Below are positions 1 through 13,589 of a stretch of 64,000 nt of DNA, one piece after another. Under the pieces are notes generated by a model. The model was given only the letters and a program-made list of their open reading frames with translations, did not search any database and was not told where the DNA came from. The stretch's first letter is position 1. Every line of letters starts with the position of its first letter. The position numbers were made by a program, and so were the translations under genes. This DNA comes from Isurus oxyrinchus (Eukaryota). The DNA lies in contig JANJGN010000006.1 of NCBI GenBank assembly GCA_026770705.1, positions 72,540,001 to 72,604,000 on the forward strand. The letters are read 5' to 3'.

Positions 1-890
1 CTCTGTGCCAGTTCTCTGCAAGAGCAACTTAGCTAGACTCACTCTTGCAACTTTTCCCTGCAGCCCTGTAAAATCTTTTCTTTTCAGATAATTACCCAGT
101 TCTCTTTTGAAAACTGTAATTGAATCTGTCCCCACCACACACTCAGGCAGGGCATTCAAGATCCAAATCACTTATTGTATGAAGAAGATTTTCCTCTTGC
201 CGCCTATGGTTCTTTTGTTAGTCACTTTGGAGTTCTTGACCTTCTGCCGATGGGAACAGTTCCTCTCATTTAATCTATCCAGACCCCTCATGATTTCGAA
301 TATATGTAACAAATCTGCTCTCAACCTTTTCTTCTCCAAGGCAAACTGCCCCAGCTTCACCAATCTCTCCACATAACTGAATTCTCTCAACCTCGGAACC
401 ATTCTCATAAATCCTTTCTGCATCCTTTCTAAAACCTTCATATCCTTCCTGTTGAGGCTGAACCAGTGTTTTATGAAGGTTTAAAACTTACTTGCTTTTG
501 CACTATGTGCCCCTATTTATAAAACCTAAGATTCAGTATAATGTATTAACTGCTTTCTCAACCTGCCCTGTCACTTTCAATGATTTATGCACATATACAT
601 CCAGGTACCCCCTGCTCCTGCATTTCATTTAGAATTGTACCCTTTCTTTTATGTCTCAGTCTTCTGACCAAAATGTATCACTTCACACTTCTCGACATTA
701 AGTTCATCTGCCATATGTCTGCCCATTCCACCAGCCTGTCAATATCCTCTCGGAGTCTATCACTATCCTCCTCACAGTTCACAATACTTCCAAATCTTGC
801 ATCATCTTCAAATTTTGAAATTGTGCCCTGTACACCCACGTCTAGGTTATTAATATAAATCAAGAAAAGCAGTTGGCGCTCCATATACCA
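1..890 (-). mobile_element. CR1 LINE fragment (RT and ORF2 C-terminus, degenerate)
   Basis: ORF 678-884 LFLIYINNLDVGVQGTISKFEDD (CR1 RT FADD region); ORF 172-441 LERMQKGFMRMVPRLREFSYVERL..LEKKRLRADL (CR1 ORF2 C-terminus). Confidence 0.9.
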
Positions 891-1609
891 TCCCCAGTCA
901 GAAGTAAGTAAAGTTTTCTGTAATTCATGTTTTTAATAGGCTTGAATTAAATTAAATGATTGTATAATGAAATTCTAGCTATGCTAAAGACTAACAATTT
1001 AAAGTACCACATTGTTCGAAATAAAATTAGTTACTGACACTAATATTTTTCACTTGAAAAGTATAGTTTTACTGCTTTTTGGGGACTCAAATGATTAATA
1101 CATAGGAAAACAATGTATTGTGTTATGGGTTTGTTTGATGTCTCATGAATGAGATCTTGAGACTTGTATGTTTAAACATGAACCATTTACTGGTAATCCT
1201 TAACTATGTACAGATCCCAGTTACTGCCATGCATGGTGCTGCTCCATGCAGATTCCTTCTAGATTGTTCTACTGAGTCTATTACCATGTGACTTTATATA
1301 ACATACCGTGGGTAGTGCTATTCTGCTGTCCCCCATTAACCTTTTCTCTGCCAAACACCTTTACATTACAATGGCATGCAGACACACACAGCACAATGTA
1401 ATATTGGATGTAGAAGTGACATGGCCAACACATTTTCTTCGAGCTCTGGTACTTCAAAATTTGGCATTACAATGCTGGTTCTTCTCATTCACCCTATACA
1501 ACCTCTTTCAGGTATCTTCAGTTAGACCCTGCTTAAATCATGTGCAGAGGTGTGTGTAATGTGCAAATGAGGCAAAGATCAGGTGAGAGAGCGTTTTTCA
1601 TTTTGTACC

Positions 1610-2056
1610 CCAGGTTGGACAAATTGGGCTTGTTTCCACTGGAGTTTAGAAGAGTGAGGGGTGATTTGATTGAAGTATACAAGATCCTGAATGGTCTTGA
1701 CAACGGATGTCGAAAGGATGTTTCCTCTTGTGGGTGAGCCCAGAACTAGGGGGCACTATTTTAAAATTAGGAGTCATCCTTTTAGGACAGAGATGAGGAG
1801 AATTTTTTCCTCTCAGAGGGTTGTGTGACTTAGGCACTCTCTGCCTCAGAAGATGCTGGAGGCAGGCTCTTCGAATATTTTTAAGGCAGAAGTAGATAGA
1901 TTCTCATTAGGCAAGGGAATCAAAGATTATCAGGGTTAGATGTGATTGCAGAAATCAAAACACAAGAAGATCAGCCATGATCTTATTGAATGGCAGAGCA
2001 GGATTGAGGGGCCGAATGGTCTACTCCTGTTCCTATTTCTTAAGTTCTTATGTTCT
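1610..2056 (+). mobile_element. 5'-truncated CR1 LINE 3' end
   Basis: RLDKLGLFPLEFRRVRGDLIEVYKILNGLD, then CR1 3' UTR gggccgaatggtctactcctgttcctatttct and a ttcttatgttct tail. Confidence 0.9.
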
Positions 2057-3715
2057 TTACACTCTGAAATAGGTGTACATGAAGCGTAATGGAGAAGACA
2101 ATCTCATCTTTGCACGTGGTAACATGATGAATGAGAGGTTCTGTAGTCCTTTGGTGGCCTCTAATATATATAAACTATGAAAAATCTGATAAGCATTTCC
2201 AAACAGTACACTATTATAACTAAAACATAGCGCAATGCATAACTGATTGTGACCAGATTGATTTTTATTCCTTTGACCTGTTGTTCACAAATCCACACTG
2301 CATTGGAGCTGGAATGAGATAGATGAATTGGTTTAATTTGCTGACTTATTGGAAGACATTGTTCTAGTTAATTATACACTTTTGATCAAATGTAGACACC
2401 AGTTTGAAAGGTCATTCAACAAATTAAATGATAGATTCAACGAATGGCCTATGTTTTAAAAGTGGAACTGCTTTAGTGTTGTTGGTAAAGTTAAAGTGAT
2501 AAAATAATCAAAGCCTTCTGCTATTTGTGGTGCTGAGAGAGCACTCTACATACTTGGATGATCTAACACTTAGGAGTCACATAACTGCAACACTTTTAGA
2601 CTTGTTTATACAGTGACACAGTAAAACAATTAACATGCACTTTGGCTCAAAATGGCACCTTTCATTTTTCCATGCTGCCCATACATTCCATTAGTTTTAT
2701 GTCATGTGCGTACCATATAATTACCATGTGGGACTAATATTTGTCAGTGAATGTTCACTGTGTACAGAGCAAAACATATCATAATTGTACAAACTTTAAC
2801 AATTCAGCACATTTCATTCACACACTTTTCAAATCAAATCTCTCTGTTTAATGATGTGTCACATAATTGTAGGCTAAATATCTGTAAACTTATTTATTCT
2901 AAGAATATAAAGCATTTATATTTCATAATTTTGTACAAAGTGCAATAGACACTAATTCACAAGCATACTGTCTTTATGTTTTAGGTTTTCTCCTCACTGA
3001 ATCACAATTGAGATTCCAATTATTTCCTTCCTGTGAATGACACACTCTCTAGTTGCTCCACTCAAATATTTCTTCATTTAGATTTGACAACATAGCATGC
3101 ATACTTTTGTTCCTGTGCCTGTAGGTTCTTAAGCAACACCACTGTGTTATATTTATAGCCTGAGCAGAAATTTGCAAGAGGTTGTTCTGAAAGTTCAATT
3201 GTTGTTCAGATTCAAAGCCAAAGAACAAACTCCGGTAACACAAATAGGAGTAACAATCATATGTACCACCTAAAAGTGAGATTTTCCTTGGGAATTGACT
3301 GGAGAATGATCAGTGAACTATATAAAGTAAATGATGGGTTTTACTCTACTGTGTAAACCAATAAAAAACTAGAATAAAATTGCTAAAATCAAAAAAGTAG
3401 CAGCGGGTGATAGATTATTCCTAAATTAGAAAATACTTCTTCACTATGTCAGAAGCAGTGCAATGCCAAATCAGTAATTAAGCGGCTGTATGGTAATATA
3501 CCAATCTAACAAGTTAACAAGGGAGAACTTTTACAAATCACAGATAGGCGCATTAAGATAGTTCCCAGTTTGTGGGAAACTGGTATCAGTGAGGTTTAAT
3601 TAGGGAGATAGCTATTATGTAGATACAAAGGTATTTGATATTAGTAAGACACACTGCACTGATTTGTGTGTCTGCACATATTGTGTGTTACAATTTTGCC
3701 ATCACTTTACTTTAT

Positions 3716-4242
3716 GGGCAGAATTTTTGGGTTGGCAAGCGGGGGGGCAGGACCCGCTTGCCGACGCCAAGTCATTTGCGTGCCCACCAAATGTCAAAGG
3801 CCTATTAAGGCCTGTTAAAAAGCAATTAACGTAATTAACTGAGCTGCAGGATGAGGTTTCATGAAGGGCTTATTATTTAAATAAAATTTTTTGAAATAAA
3901 TAATGAACATGTCCCAGCTCCTGTGACAGTTTCACATGAGGGGACATGTCCTTAAACTTTTTTCCAACTTTTATTCAAATTTCCATAAGTTAAACATATC
4001 TCCCTGAGGCACCTCGATCGCATTCACACGAAAAAGCACAGGGAACCACTTCGGGAATTCCAACCCCCCCCCCACCCCCCCGCCGCCTGCACAGGGAGTG
4101 CTCAGTGCTTCTGGGCACGTGTCATGCTGGGCGGGTCTTAATTGGTCTGCCACATAAAGTGACGGCGCAGCCCCAATCGGGGGCGCTGATCGGTTTTGCG
4201 CCCACCCTCGCACAACCCCCTGAAGGGTGGAAATTTCTGTTC
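3716..4242 (+). mobile_element. PIF/Harbinger-like MITE
   Basis: Starts gggcagaattttt, ends aaatttctgttc (imperfect TIR), flanked by TAT at 3713-3715 and 4243-4245; homologous in reverse orientation to 9441-10165. Confidence 0.75.
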
Positions 4243-5329
4243 TATGGCAGATAGAAATTAAGATGCTCTTTCCCTGATGTTTTTCCCTCATACTGGATTC
4301 TGTCAGCATAAATGACGTGGCCAAGTTTATTTTTTTATTTTTTTAGCAAAATATGTCACACCCATTTGGTTAGCCAATGGTTACTACTGTGCAAGTTTGG
4401 TCAACCAATGGTTACTGGTCTGGAAATTTTAGTTTTCCATATATTATATTGTTCTCTTGTTGCTAGAAGGCTTTATCACTTTCATTCATTTCAATGGAAT
4501 TGTGGCCATTCAAAAAGCTTTAGGAAGAAAAGGAGAATTGGGTGAAAACAAATCTTCCTCAAATCTCTCACTTTGTTCAGAACACTTGGGATGAGGCTGG
4601 GATTCAAGACTGTGAAATGCATTGTAAAGATGCAAACTCTTTCTTCTTACTTTCTTAATATTCACTTGTACAATTTGGACTATCAGATTGGATCAAAAAC
4701 TCAGCTTCCTGCTTTAAATCTTGAACTTACAACTTCTTGACCCAGGAGAGAGTTAGCTACCCATCATTTTATCTCCTCGCTCTCATTGATACTCCTTCAT
4801 TGAAGTCAAAACCACTTGGAGATGCAAACTCCTGAGTTGGCATCCATTGAAGAATGAAACCAACTCTTCATAGCCTATCGCTAATAATTGCTACAGAAAG
4901 GTCAGGAATACAATTTGTTCTACCTATGCTAAAATGGAAAAACCCAAAGTTGAATGACGCTTCATCCAGTTTCCCAGTGAAAATGGTTGAACTCCATCAA
5001 ACGGAGGCAAGCGTCTTTTAGTGACAGGGAACTTAAACTGACATCATTCCAGTGGAGAATGTCAATAAAATCAAGAAAATCCACAGCATATTTGAAGGCA
5101 TTCCATAGTTTGTCTGGGTTCACGTTATTATGTTAATTATTCATTTGTGTATTTTTCATATGATTATTTGATTCATGTTCCAAAACATAATAACTTAGAA
5201 ACCAAACAAGTGTTAATGCTGTAGAAAAAAAAGTCACTAATTAAAATAATAAATGCAGCAGAATTACAAAGGTGCAGGAAGTATGGTAAAATATTTGTAA
5301 CCCAGCGTTGGGTTTTTAGTATGATGATC

Positions 5330-5400
5330 AATAAAAACAGAAAGTTCTGCAAATTGTCCACAGGGCCAGCAGCATCTGTGGAGAGAGAAACAGAGTTAAC
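5330..5400 (-). repeat. Penelope-type 3' tail fragment
   Basis: aaaaacagaaag..cagcagcatctgtggagagagaaacagagttaac resembles the reverse complement of the tails at 35140-35239 and 55270-55360. Confidence 0.55.
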
Positions 5401-5401
5401 A

Positions 5402-6121
5402 AGGGCAATTTCATGAAGAGGCAGTGGCCCAGCCTCCCAGCTTAAAAGTTGGGGCAAGCTTGGCTCCACATGGCCAGGTTGCCCAGAGTTAATTTAACGG
5501 CCATCGGCCATTTAATTGGTTCAGAATGGAACTTGTGCCCCTATCTAAGAGGAAGCCCACCTCTGTGAGCTGCCAGACAATCAAACAGATGGCAACTCTC
5601 TAGCCCCAGTAACATGACTGGGAATGGCAGCCACTGCTGGGACTGCATCCTTCCACCAGCACTGAGAAATCATGGAACTGGAAATCCAGGTAAATCTGGT
5701 GTTTTGCCAGGGTCAGGCTGGCAGGCTCTGGTGAAAGGGGTAAAGAGTTCGAAAAGGCAGGAAGGTAGGAACAACTGGGGTAGGGGAAGTAACTTGGCAG
5801 GCGCCTCCTTTGGGCACAAGGCACAGGGTGCTTGAACAGGAAGGAACACCTCATAGCCAGCAATAAGACCACTTGCCCTAGACATGGCAGGGGGACATCC
5901 TTAAGTGGCTAGTAATTTCCCCAATGGGGAGCAGGCCACCCACTGTCTCCTGTGCTGCTGATAAAATACCATTATTGCCAGTGGCGGGAATCCCTCGGAA
6001 TTGAAGATGACATCTGTCAGGCTTGATGAGCCTTCAGGTGACTGAGGAGCCCAACTCTGGATCCACAAGTTCTTCCACAATGGGGGCACATTGTTGCACA
6101 GCGGAATGGAAATTTAAGCCC
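5402..6121. mobile_element. Degenerate Harbinger-like non-autonomous element
   Basis: GC-rich body ending aaatttaagccc, resembling the TIR of the other MITEs; no TSD verified. Confidence 0.35.
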
Positions 6122-6122
6122 T

Positions 6123-7650
6123 GGGTTGGCTCCCTTCTCCTTCCTCTCCGCCTCCATTCTGTTTCGCTGTCAAGTCGCTGAGTCTCAAAGTGGCTTGTGG
6201 ATGGTGGGGGGATGCGCAACAAGGCTGGTGAAGGACCTTTGTCTTTAGTGATGTTTAAGCACAGGTCAAGACTGTTATACGAGGTGTTGAAGAGTCAAGC
6301 GTCCTTTGTATGTCCTGTACAGAGTGAGCAATCATGCAGCAGTCATCTGCAAACTGAAGGTGGTGGGTGTCCACGGTGGTGAATATTGTTTTTGCTCAGA
6401 CGAGACCAAGGTTGAAGAGCTTCCTGTCCAGATGATGCTGAATGCTGACACCAGGTGGTAGGCCATCTTGGATGAGGTGGGCAATGATGGTCAGGTAAAT
6501 GATGAACAAGGTTGGGGAGATCACACAACCTTGTTTGACCCCGGCCCGGATGTGGAAGGTCAGTTTCAGATCCTCCACTCAGGACGGTGGGGGTCATGTT
6601 GTCATGTGGGAGTCTCAGGCTCATGACAAACTTCAACAAGCAACCAAAGCGCTGGAGGATGGTCCACAGAGTTTTAGGATGTAAAGAATCAAATGCCTTG
6701 GTAAGTCAATGAAGGCGAGGAACAATTCTTGATTTTGCTCCCGACATTTTTCCTGGATCTGTCTAGCCACAAATACCATGCCGCAGTACCCCAGGATGGT
6801 CAGAAGCCATATTGGGTTTCTGGGAGGAGCTCCTCAGTGAGCGGATGAAGGCGGTTCAGGAATATGCGGGCCAGGATCTTACAAGTGATGGAGGGAAATC
6901 CCCCTGTAGTTTTCACAATCAGATTTGTCCCCCTTCTTGTGGATAGTAATGATGGTCATATTCTTGAGATTCCGGAGAATGTTCTCTTCGTCCCAGAGAT
7001 GGAGGATGAACTGGTGGAGTGGTGATGTGAGCTGATAGCTGCCAGCATAGTAGACCTCTGTGGGTATACTGTCTGACCCACAAGCTTTGTTGGTTTCCAT
7101 TGTTGGCTGGCCCACTTAAGCTCATCAATGCTTGGTGGATCGTGGAGGGAATCCTCCATTGGGTGTTGTGGAGCGGCTTCCAATACAATGGAATCCTGAT
7201 TGAGGAACAGTTCGAAATGCTCCTTCCGACACTGATGGAGTGCGTTGTTGTCCTTGAGGAACCGGGAGCCGTCCTGTGATCGGAGAGGGTTTTGTCCAGT
7301 TGAGTGGGGTCCATAGATCGTCTTAGTAGCCTGGAAGATGTTGCGCATGTCGTGCTGGTCAGCGTGGATCTGAATCTCATGCGCCTTCTCCACCCACCAG
7401 TTGTTCTTCATATCTCGAATTCATTGCTGGACATCAGCCTTCAGTTGGTGGTACACTGCCATGATCCACTGGACACGTGGGCGATTTTGCCAGGTGATGA
7501 AGGCTAGTTGTTTCTGCTCGAGGAGATCGCGGATTGTGGCATCATTGGCTTCAAACCAGTCCTGGCTCTGTCGTGGTGCTCCCGGCAGTGGTGGGAAAGC
7601 AACAGGCATGGCACTGTCACCATGGCACTCGATCTTACAAACATCCCCCA
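6123..7650 (-). mobile_element. RTE-clade LINE fragment (frameshifted RT)
   Basis: KACGSDSIPTEVY..KKGDKSDCENYRGISL; FHIRAGVKQGCVISPTLFIIYL; upstream RQSQDWFEANDATIRDLLEQK and WWVEKAHEIQ; basic C-terminus HFETQRLDSETEWRRR. Confidence 0.9.
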
Positions 7651-7694
7651 CCTACCAAACCTGCTCTCACGAGGGGGTGTGTAAAATTCCACTC

Positions 7695-8417
7695 AGCGTT
7701 TCAGGATGATGACCTTCCATCAGAACTTCTAACCCCTCTGGGAGCAAGCATGGAGGTGAGAGGGCACATAAATATATGCTGCTGGCCAGTGTGCTGATTT
7801 TCCATTAGCATTGCAACTCCTGGGCCATTTTCCAAAGGGAAGATGGGGATGTTTGCCGACAGAGCTACCCAGTTGAAAATGGGCCTTAATAAACCTTTTA
7901 TTAAAGTTTATTGTGGCTTATTGTCAGAAGCTGACTGGAATTTTCCAATAATCCTCTGGGCCATCTTTGGTGCCAGGAAACAGGCCATCTGGCCACTCAG
8001 TGGCAGACAAGAGGAGCCAGTGATCCTTGCAGCTATTGAAGCCCTCCCTGAATGCTTGGCTTCAGCTGTAGCCTCAGACCTCCCTGTAGACTAAGTTTGT
8101 TCTTCAGAATAGTACAACAGAAGCTGAGGGCATTTTTTATTTTAATGTTTCAAAAATTGGAGAGAGAACACCTCTTCCCTCTCCCTCTTTCTATTATCTG
8201 AAAAACCAGACTGGTGCTTCTTCAGTATTGGACAGCCTCCTATTGGTCCTTCAGCTTTGAGAACATACCTGTCATCCTTATTTGGATGGTGAGTCCGCTT
8301 TCTTTGCCAATTCAGGGAAAATTGCTGCCAGCTGACTGTTTCCCCACAGTGCGGTGACTGTAACGCTCGGTTAACTCTGCAGCCGGTGCCCCAATCGCAA
8401 GGGCAAAATCCTGCCCC
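7695..8417. mobile_element. Degenerate Harbinger-like non-autonomous element
   Basis: Ends gggcaaaatcctgcccc (TIR-like); motifs shared with other MITEs (ttaat..ggcc); left end unclear. Confidence 0.35.
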
Positions 8418-9440
8418 AAGAATTCTCTGTTGTTTTAAGTTAAGAGATTTCATCAATTTGTAACCAGTTTATAATGGTCATTACTGAGTTTAATATACCT
8501 TCAAATATACAGGCTGTAGAACTGAACTCTGTGTGCCTAAAATGTCGGTGGTACAGGAACTTGGAGCCCTAAGAATGGAGCCTGATTTATTTCCTGCTAA
8601 TTCCAGCATGGTCTGTGTGGTGTGCCATCCTTGTAAATGTGCTGTTCATGCACTGGAAATATTCAGAATGGACATATTGTGACATTATTCAGTGTGTAAC
8701 ATTGATTTGGCACCTACCCGGCCATTTTGTCTCTTGTAGGACCTGGTAACGCCCTCCCTTAAGCTTTCCCCATTGAAAATGCAATCAGCTGCATGAGGGA
8801 CCCTCACCCAATCCTTCACTGGATCTATTTAAAGTGGTCAGCATGGGACTTCCAGGTGAAATGTTTCTGGCTTTCTTTAGCTGTTACAGAGATAGTGGAG
8901 GTGCTGTGTAATGAGTTTTTGGAGGAGTTCTGCAAAATTATTGGAGTCAGAAGCATGTGGTGTTGACTTTTTCAAGGACTTAGTACAATTTGAAGCCCTG
9001 TCAGTGGAACTAATGCTCATGTGGGCTACAGTTGCAATCTCTGTAGGACTGCTGTACAACAAGGACATGAAGCACAGGCACCGAAGGAGGAAGAGGTGGA
9101 GGACCCTCAATAGAAGGTAACCTTGTGTTGCAAGAAGGAGAGAAGAGTGTCAATGAATGTGTTCCAAGCATTTGGGTTATATTCCTTGCTCGCTGAATAG
9201 ATGTCAGTATGTGGAAGCTATGAGCACTGGTTGTGAGGGTGACTTCATTGGGAAGTATGTGAGGGTGAGGTGAAGCAGCTGAATGTAAGGTGTGAGACCT
9301 GATTGTTGGTTGGTGTGTGATGGGCATCTGGTGCATTGAGCAGCATGTAATTTTGGTGGTTGGAGATGGCATTTGAAAATGCATTCATTGACTTGGACCT
9401 TCATGTGAGATTATTAAACTTTTTGCAGCACTGCAATCAG

Positions 9441-10165
9441 AAGGAGAATTTTCTCCCCATCGGTGGGGGGGGGGAGGGGTTGGGTGGGAGTGGACGTGGG
9501 TGGGCGTGCAGTCGATTGCTGCCCATGATCGGCTGGGCACCGCCATTTTACGTGGGCAGGCCAATTAAGGCCCGCAGAGTGTGATGCGCGCCCGGAAACT
9601 CTGCGCGCTCCCTGTGCGGGTGGGGGGCTGGGGGACGGGTTGCCTGAGTCGGGAAGTACGCTCTTCAGTGCATGTGTGTGAAAGAACTCAGAAATCTCCC
9701 TGAGACACAGAGATGCCTCAGGGAGATTAGTTTGACTTCTGAAAATTTTAATAAAGAAAAAAAAATTTAAGAAATGAATCCTCATGTGAAAGTGTCACAT
9801 GAGCTGGGACATGTCTATGAATGTTATTAAAATTTTTTATAAAACTTTGAATACCTTCATGAAACCTCATCCTGCCCATGGATGAGGTTCCATGATAAAT
9901 GGGAAGGCCGCCCGGTCTCTTCGCCTGCCCACCAAGCTTAAGGTTGGACCGGCAGCTCAGTTTATTGCTTTAATTGATATTTAAATGGCCTTAATAGGCC
10001 TTTGACAATTCGGCGGGTGCACAGCTGACTCGGGTGCACGCTCACCAAACTGAAAATCTGAATGATGCGTGGTGAAGTTGGGATGCATGCCTGATGTCAC
10101 TGCGCATCATTTTATGCATTGGTGAGTGGGCCCTGCCCCCGCTCGCCGACGCAAAAATTCTGGCC
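9441..10165 (-). mobile_element. PIF/Harbinger-like MITE (same family as 3716-4242)
   Basis: Ends aaggagaatttt..aaaattctggcc, flanked by CAG/CAG; splits a Myb/SANT reading frame. Confidence 0.75.
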
Positions 10166-10239
10166 CAGGTTCTCATGACCAAACTCCTTGAATTGACCTC
10201 AGTGTCTATCTCCTCCCATTACCTTCACATTGTTCTCCT

Positions 10240-10626
10240 TGGAGCAGAGGAAGCTGAGGAAGATTTGACTGAGATGTACAAAATTGTGAGCGGTCTGGAT
10301 AGAATGGATGGGAAGGCACTAGTTAATTTAGGGGAGAGGTCAGTCATTCAAGAGTATAGATTTAAAGTGAGTAGCAGAAATATTGGAGAGGATATGAGGA
10401 AAATATTTTCACTCAGAGGGTTGTGGAGGTCTGGAACTCACTGCCTGAAAGAATAGTAGAGGCAGAAACCCTCAACTCATTTTAATAGGTGTCTGGATAT
10501 ACACCTCAAGTGCGGTAACTTGCAGAGCTATGGACCAAATGCTGGAAAGTGGGATTACGCTGGATGGCGCAGACATGGTGGGCTAAGTGACCTCCTTCTG
10601 TGCTGTAAACCTTCTATGATTCTATG
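10240..10626 (+). mobile_element. 5'-truncated CR1 LINE 3' end
   Basis: EDLTEMYKIVSGLDRMD..YRFKV; tail cctccttctgtgctgtaaaccttctatgattctatg. Confidence 0.9.
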
Positions 10627-11874
10627 GAGGACCTCCTGGCCCCCTACTGAAACATGAGTTCTCTTCTCCTTTCTAAGGCCTTCATTGCCATATCAGAGAA
10701 ACTGGGAGCCCTCTCTCTCTCCTGTTGCAGCTGTAGTCTTATTCTTTCTCTAAGTACTCTTGGAGACCGTCTCACCAGCTATTGTACCTTGAATGCACCT
10801 CCCTGATAAGCGCTGCAGCCATCTAAAAGAAATATAGTCTAGCTGTGACTTGAGCTCGGGACAAATGCGCCTGGGCCTCATGCTGAGTGTGCAACTAGTC
10901 AGGACAATGTTCAGTGCGCGGTTGCACATCACATTCATTTAGATGAACAGGCAGCACTAAATTTGCATACTGTCTTCATCACCTCGACCGGACCTGGGGC
11001 AATCACAAATTGAGTTACCCTTTGCCTGCTAATGGTCCTTACCAAATTGTCAGCCCACACTCTATGGCCAGAAATTTCTGGCCCCATTGGTGTCGTGTGT
11101 CATGGGGGGAGTCAACAGACAATATGGCGAGAAGGCCAAAAATCGGTTTCATGCCATCGTGAAACCAGTTTGCAATAATCCACGCCACCCATGAATGGCA
11201 GGCTGTCTTTCCCGCTGCCGGATGTCAGGAACCTAATTTCAATGTCTTTGCATCTCATCATCTTGCCTGCTCGCCGGAATCATCGCCCCATGTCAAATTT
11301 ACCGCCCAAGCTGACAGGAAAACATGCTGGCCCAGAAAACGTCTTGGCAAGTGTGACATGCAGAAGTCAGGACTTACTGTTAGGGCATTGCTTACATCAT
11401 GGACATCCAAGGAGCAGAAGATGCTGGAGCCCTACAGCTACCGGACCCTGGAGGAATATGTGCTGGGTGGATTCTCATGGATATGGCTCCACATCAAAGT
11501 AGCTCATGGAAGGTGGAGGTCTCCTTTGATGCCTGGGTTCTGCTTCAGGACATCATGGCCTTGGCCAAGGACTGCTACAGGGGGTGAGAGAAAGGTACAG
11601 CTATGAGTAGGAAAGGAAGGTGTACCCGGGGAGGGGGTGAGTGGGAGAGGAAGGTCTAGGTTTGACTGGTAAAGGAAGGCGTACTGGGCAGGGGTGAGGT
11701 TGGGAGGGGAGTCACGAAGGTGCCAGGAGGCTGAATTTGCATCACACTGTGCGGGCCCTAATTGGCCTGCCCATGTAAAATGGCGGCACCCAGCCGATTA
11801 CAGGCAGCATATGGCTGCACGACCGCTCCTGCCTGCTCCTGCCCAATCCCCCCAAAGGGGAGAAAATTCTTCCC

Positions 11875-11988
11875 CCTGTTCAGCAGATACTCTCCATGTA
11901 TCTAAACAAACAAAAGTTAGGATCTATCAAGCCGGGTTCCACACTGGGATCAGGATTGCCAGTAGTTACATCAGCTGGGATCGTAAGA
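11875..11988 (+). mobile_element. LTR 3'-end fragment (family of solo LTR 52268-53602)
   Basis: aaaagttaggatctatcaagccggg..ctgggatcgtaaga matches aaaagttaggacctatcaagctggg..ctgggatcataaca at 53525-53602. Confidence 0.75.
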
Positions 11989-13589
11989 GGAGGTGGGTGT
12001 AAGGGAAGGAGTTCGGAGCGGGGGGAAGGAATTCAGAGGAGGGAAGGACTTTGCGGGAGGAAGGAGTTCACAGCGGGGAAGGAGTCAAGGTGGAAGAAGG
12101 AGTCCAGGGGTAGGAAGGAGTAAGGGTGGCGGTGGGAATAGCTGGGGGAGGGGGGGGATGTCCATGTGAATGTGCAAGGGAAGGGTCTGTGGAATCAATG
12201 ACTGCCTCCTGGGAGCAAATTGAGGGTGGGAGTGGTAGGAGGGAACGGTGAGTATGAGAGGGGGCAGAGTGAGCTGGAAGGGTGGGAGGATGAATGTGCA
12301 ACAGAAATGGTAGAAAGGATGGCGAGGGTAGCTGGTGGAGACTCAGAGGTGGACACGGGCCCTGGGGGTGGGAAGGAGGAACTCAGGGAGGTCATTGTGG
12401 ATGGGGCTAGGATTCTCGGGAAGATAGAGAGCATACACATTCACCTGGATATCCTGGAAAATAAAGGGTTGGTAAATGATGGTGGGAGGTGATGCCGGGG
12501 GGTGCGGGGGGGGGGGGGTCAAAAGTGATGAGTAAAGGAAGTGAGTGACTGGGGGAGGGGGAACAACAGGGGGGAGCTGAGGAGAATCTTTACTATGACT
12601 ATTTTGGACAAATCGAAAGTGAGAGGAGCGTCAGGTTAGGTGGGCATAGGTGCTGTATGGGAGTGTTATCAGTGGGTGAGCGGAGATGCAGGTCAGCTCA
12701 GATGGACAACTGAAAGACAACTCCAGCAGACAGCATTGAAAATGCTCGGGACAATGAGATGATTGTGATGGAGGAAGGCTCCGTGTTCATTGGAGGGTGC
12801 TTGCCCAAGACTCTAAAAGGCCTTGCCACACACACACACCTCTCCCTCCAGAATCACTCATGGCCCCCTTGCATGAACTGCTAGTGGGCGGGGGGAGGGG
12901 ATGAAGGGGGAGGCCTGTAAATGAAGCTGAAAGACACCATTATGCATTACTCAATGAAAGTGAATATATTTTCAGATTATAAAGTGACAAAATGTGTTCA
13001 CCCTTGCAACCACTTTTGATCAGAAATTCTAATTTTTCTAGGCCTTCCACTTTTTCTGGGTGCTGCCCTGACATCCGCAGCTGGGGTAGAGACAGCCAAT
13101 GGTTGGCCTTGTTGCCTCTGGTGACTTTGGCATCGGTCCTGTAAAGATTGGAGGCCTTGAGGGCCCCAGGTTGCTTTGGCTGTCCTGCTGTAGGCCAGCT
13201 GCTCCCTCTGTGGTGAGAAGGGAGAGGACAGCCTCCGAGATTCCTGAGTGGATGATCTAGAGGTGACCAGCTGCCACTCCTCCTCTCTTCAGGTGCCTGA
13301 GGGCCCCAGCCTGATCCCTTGAGGTGAAGGAGCACCTGGAGGGACTTCAAGATGCCCTGTTACCCTCTCGCGTTGCCATTGCAGGAAATCACCCATGGCT
13401 ACCATGCTTGAGTGCAGGTCTGTGCTCATCTCAGCATTCTGCTGGCCCAAAGTCTCCATGGCATCCGCCATCCTCCCCATGGAGAGCTCAATATGCGCAC
13501 CTGTGGACACCACTTCATCAGAGAGCATGCGGACACACTCTTCCAACTTGCATGCAACTCTGTTGAGGGCTTCCAACATCTCTGAGTGA

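Larger units (their letters stand above)
8510..11056. mobile_element. Harbinger element relic: Myb/SANT gene on - strand (interrupted), putative transposase N-terminus on + strand
   Basis: Minus-strand pieces reassemble to RAPSFSDMAMKAL..RRRELMF (10630-10730) / WEEIDTEVNSRSLVMRT (10170-10235) / LQCCKKFNNLT (9405-9437); + strand 9013-9120 MWATVAISVGLLY..RRRKRWRTLNRR; right end aaattgtcagccc; left boundary uncertain. Confidence 0.65.
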
